Origin: Callorhinchus milii
Taxonomy: Eukaryota
Reading direction: 5' to 3'
Length of the DNA: 64,000 nucleotides
Assembly: GCF_018977255.1 (NCBI RefSeq)
Contig: NW_024704743.1
Location: 73,348,001 to 73,412,000, forward strand
The position numbers were made by a program, and so were the translations under genes. Positions within the stretch are counted from its first letter, which is position 1, and every line of letters begins with the position of its first letter. Shown piece after piece: positions 59,637 through 64,000 of the stretch. A model generated the notes under the pieces. That model did no database searches and was not told where the DNA came from. It saw only the letters and a list, made by a program, of their open reading frames with translations.

Positions 59637-62035
59637 ACAACAACAACACCAACACGATTACATTTGTATAGCACCTTTCACGTCGAGAGGACGTCCCAAG
59701 GCGCTGGACAGAGTACAGCATTTCAGACCTGAGCTGGGGTTGGGGGGATAAGGCAGGGGAGGGGAAGAGGGGTGGCCGATGGCATGGTCAAAGAGGAGGG
59801 TCTTGAGGCGGAACTTGAAGGAGGCTAAGGAGGGGGCAAGGCAGAGTGACTGGGGGATGGAATTCCAGAGTTTAGGGGCAGAGTGGCTGAAGGCTCTCCC
59901 GCCAATTGTGGGGCATTTGGGTTGGGGGACATGGAGCAGGCCAGAGCCGGCTGAGCGGAGGGAACAGGTGGGTTGGTAGGGGGTTAGGAGGTCACAGAGA
60001 TAGGGTGGGGGCAAGGTCATGGAGGGCTTTGTAGGTGAGGACTAGGATGTTGAACTGGATCCTCTGAAGGATAGGGAGCCAGTGGAGTCGGGCGATAATG
60101 GGGGAGATGGCGTCACAGAGTTTGGTGCGGGAGAGGATACAGGCTGCAGAGTTCTGGATTATCTGCAGCCTGTGGAGGGAGGAGTTGGGAAGGCTGACAA
60201 GCAGGGCATTTGCATAGTCGAGTCTGAAGGTGATGAAGGCATGAACAAGAGTTTCAGTGGCCTGAGGGATGAGGTTGTGGCGAAGTCGGGCGATGTTACG
60301 GAGGCGAGGGAAAGCAGAGCGGGTCATCGCTTGAATGTGGGGAAGAGAAGACAGTTGAGGGTCGAACAAGCCAGTTCCTGACTGGCGGTGAGTTGAAGTG
60401 TGAAACCATGGAGGTTGATGCTGTCAGAGCCTGAGGTGCTGAGGCACTAGCGCGAGCCAATCAGGAGGGCCTCAGTCTTGTTCACATTCAACTGTAGGAA
60501 ATTTGCCCTCATCCAGGACTTGATGTCCGACAGGCAGTCTGTCAGGACAGCAGTGGTCCTGGAGTTGAGGGTGGAGGCAGAAAGATAGAGTTGGATGTCA
60601 TCCGCATACATCTGGAAGTTGACCCCATGTCTGGGGATGATGTCACCAAGGGGGAGCATGTAGATATTAGAGAGGAGAGGGCCAAGGACAGAGCCCTGGG
60701 GGATGCCAGATGTGACAGTGTGGGGGTTGGAGGAGAAACTGTTAGAGGCAACGAAGTGGAGACGGTGAGAGAGATAGGAATCAAACCAGGCAAGGGCAGA
60801 TCCGTGAAGAATGAGTAAAGCAGAGAGGCAGTGCATGAGGATGGAGTGATCGACAGTGTCGAAGGCAGCAGAGAGGTCGAGGAGGACAAGGAGGCAGAGG
60901 GAGCCCTGATGACAGATGTTCAGAATGTCATTAGTGAGTTTGACCCGGGCTGTTTCCGTGCTGTGGGCAGAGTGGAAGCCGGATTGGAGAGGTTCGAAGA
61001 GGGAATGGCGAGAGAGAAAGGAGCGGAGCTGGGAAGCGACGACTCGTTCCAGGACCTTGGAGAGGAATGGGAGGTTAGAGATTGGCGGTAGCTGGAGATG
61101 AGGGATGGATCCAGGGAAGGTTTTTTTCAGGATGGGGGTAATGACGGCTCTTTTTAGGGTGTTGGGAACTGAACCAGTGGACAGGGAGAGGTTGATGACA
61201 TCGGACAGGAGGGGGGCCAGAAGGTGGAGCTGGGAGATGAGGAGAGAGGTGGGGATGGATCGAGGGAGCAGGTGGTGGGTTTGAGTTTGTGGACAGTCTT
61301 GGTGAGGGAGGAGGTAGAGATAGGGTCGAAGGAGTTTAGGGGGGGATGGGTGGGGGGTGGGTCATGAAGGAGAGGTGATGTGGGGGTGGCTGTGGATGGG
61401 GCTGAGGTGGCTGAACGTGTCCCCTCGATTTTAGATTCGAGGAAGTCCAGCATCTCCTCATAGTTGGAGTGAGGAGAGGATGAGCAAGGTATGGCAAGGT
61501 GGACGGAGAAGACGGTTAGTGGTGGAAAAGAGAAGCCGTGGGTTGTCCTTTGCCTCCAAGATAACCTTGGAGTAGAAAGAGGATTTGGCGGAGGCAAGAG
61601 CGCAGTGGTAGATCTTGGTGTGGTGAAGCCAAATCTGCTGATGGACTGTTAGTTTGGATTTGGTCCAAGCGCGTTCGGCAGCTCGCACTTGTGCCTTGAG
61701 GGAACGGAAATGGCTGGTGAACCAGGGGGATTTACTGGAGTATGAGGCAGTTCGGGAGGTGATGGGGGGGGGCGGGGCAAGGGAGTCCAGAATGAAGGAG
61801 AGGGAGTTGTGGAGAAAGGAGAGTGAGGAGGGGAGATCGGTCAGTGAGGACCAGAGGTGTAGGAGTTCAGATGACTCCAGGGCAATGGAAAGGGAGAGGG
61901 AGGAATTTTTTTTTCCATGGACGGTATGTAATGGTGGAGGGTTGGGAAGGGGGAAGGGGTACTGAGGTGTTGAGGGAGATGAAGTGGTAGTCCGAGATGG
62001 CTTTATCGACGATGGTGATGTCTGAGACGGTGACC
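59637..62035 (-). mobile_element. L2 LINE, ~2.4 kb, end of endonuclease through RT and 3'UTR, frameshifted
   Basis: [34 protein letters not shown]; 5' end reads DKAISDYHF (SDH-like end of APE); (AAC)n tail. Confidence 0.95.
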
Positions 62036-62049
62036 TAGTTGCAACTACA

Positions 62050-62408
62050 GTATAGTGATAGTTTTTGTTGGCAAACTAGGCAGCGATTTCAGGCACAACT
62101 CGGTCACACAAACAGCCGTTAGGAGTATGTTCATTTTTTTTCTGGGGAATTGTTAGCTAGGACACTGGATGAAACTCCCATCTTTTTTCCAAGATTGTTA
62201 TGGTTTCTTTAACCCATACCTGAGGGCAGACAAGCAAGACCTCTATTTAATGCCTCATCCAAAAACACAGTAACTCCAACCATGCTGTGCTCCCCAGTGT
62301 TGCACTTGATTGTCAGCCTGGTCTATGAGTTCAAGTTTTGAGGTAGGGCTCTATCAAATAATCTTCTGACCCGGGGTGAGGATGCTACACATTGAGCCAA
62401 GGTGACAC
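62050..62408 (-). mobile_element. Deu-domain SINE, degenerate
   Basis: TTTAATGCCTCATCCAAAA, TGTCAGCCTGG, ATTGAGCCAAGGTGACAC head. Confidence 0.7.
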
Positions 62409-63344
62409 TTAATAAGTAGCACAGGTAAAATTCTTTGCTATAAATACAAAGAGTCAACCACCTTTGTTAAGGGACATGGTTTGGCAATGTGACCACTATT
62501 TGGCCTGGCCGGAATGAAGACAGGAGTCCAACTTAATGTACGTTTTTCTGATAGAATCCATAGAGCCCACTGGGATTTGCAGTTGTGCCATTTGCATACA
62601 AACAATGCATGTTATAAGGAAGAGAGTTGAAAAGAATCAAGACATGGGAGACAGAAGATTTATGCGCATTCATATTGCATACAAGTGAACTTTGCTGCAT
62701 TTATATGAATTATGAATAGTAGGTGTATGTCGGTCTTTTAACTCCTTCCAAATATACCTTCTGAAAAGTCAGCTGAATGATGTGGAATGTTCTCACTGAT
62801 AGATTGCTGACAGGCCATTCAGAGGCTATAATTCAATCTGGGGGGAGCTCTGGTGATGTAAAAACTGTGCAAGTGGAGAAGAATCATTTGTAGTGCCCCC
62901 AGAACTCCCCAGATTAAATTATCATCAGATATTTGTTATTGTATATAATACTCCAGGGATTCATGGTGCTTAGAACTCAAGTACTTAACTGGAGCTGTGG
63001 GAACTGCTGCCATCTGCCTTTATTCACGTCTGCTCTGAGTAATTTTCTGCAATTTTCTATTTTCTTGCTTGTTCCATGATAGTTGCAAGGAGTAGATATT
63101 GTCAAAAGTACTTTATAATATTTTACATGTTTTTTTCATTTTAGCTGTTGCATCAAAAAGAATAGGGCAAAATGATATAGCAGTAAGAGTATACTGTATT
63201 TTAAGCCTGTTACGCCTGGGATTAAGCCTTTTCTCTCCCAATGTTTTATCGGGATAATTATCACTTTACACAGGGGGTGGAAATTACAATGTGTGAGTTG
63301 CTATTTTTTATGAAAATTATAGTCAAGGCTACTCAATAAATAAA

Positions 63345-63810
63345 ATATAAATAATTCTTGCATTTGATATAACACCTTAGCATGTTGCCGAGATATCATT
63401 CCAAAGCAATTCACAGGATATACTGTGAAGTGGTGTGATTATATTTTGTGGGCAAAAGTAGCAGCTAATTTGCGCACAGCAATGTCTGACAAACAACATG
63501 GAGTGAGTGACCAATTGTCTATGGAGGATTGTTGGTCTGGAACCCAGGAGAAGCTCCCTTCTCTTTTCAAATAGTGCCATGGAGTCTTTAATGTCTACTT
63601 TCAGATGAGACAGGACATTGGAAACCCCTGGACTGATATATCATCGGAAAAATCAGAAGCTGACTGATTTGGAATGCTCTCACTGATAGATTGCTGCCAG
63701 GCCATGTTGTTGTTCAATTGGACTGGTAGCATAGACTATATGAGTTCAGAGTCGCAATGCGGGGCTTGAACACACAACCTTCTGACTCAGAGGCGAGAAT
63801 GCTACAAATG
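63345..63810 (-). mobile_element. Deu-domain SINE with foreign sequence in its core
   Basis: Tail at 63345, AAATAGTGCCATGGAGTCTTTAATGTC, head GGGGCTTGAACACACAACCTTCTGACTCAGAGGCGAG. Confidence 0.75.
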
Positions 63811-63829
63811 AAGACAGATTCATACATGT

Positions 63830-64000
63830 TGAGAGGACATCTCAAAGCTCTTCATAGGATATATAGTAACTGTATAAATTTTGAGCATGGTGTAGGCAAA
63901 AGTGGGAGCCAATTTGTACATGACAAAATCCCACAAGCAACCTTGATAAATGGCCAATTTTATTTGTGGTAGTGTAGGCGAGGACAATAGAATAACAATA
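63830..64000 (-). mobile_element. SINE 3' portion, runs off the window
   Basis: GACATCTCAAAGCTCTTCATAGGATA, GGAGCCAATTTGTAC, ATCCCACAAGCAACC. Confidence 0.65.

Overview
Eukaryotic (vertebrate) genomic DNA: CpG-depleted, AT-rich in its unique parts and dominated by transposable elements. The repeat set is CR1 LINEs with (ATTCTATG)n tails, L2 LINEs with (TTG)n tails, Deu-domain tRNA-SINEs and a second tRNA-SINE with (ATT)n tails. This suggests a cartilaginous fish, possibly a chimaera (inference from recalled repeat families, not searched). No host protein-coding gene, RNA gene or CRISPR array can be supported; every ORF with recognisable homology is a frameshifted LINE ORF2 (endonuclease/reverse transcriptase) remnant. 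The window reads as a large intron or gene desert. The most notable structures are: a four-level nest (DeuSINE > CR1 > 884-bp hAT-type element with 20-bp TIRs and 8-bp TSD > microsatellite); two long imperfect palindromes (31321-31665, 43301-43535); an unclassified ~350-bp repeat in two inverted copies; templated snap-back filler at LINE 5' junctions; a 3' stem-loop shared by SINEs and L2; and TE-free AT-rich islands that may be conserved non-coding elements. I found no evidence of a new protein-coding system. Boundaries of degenerate elements are approximate (tens of bp).
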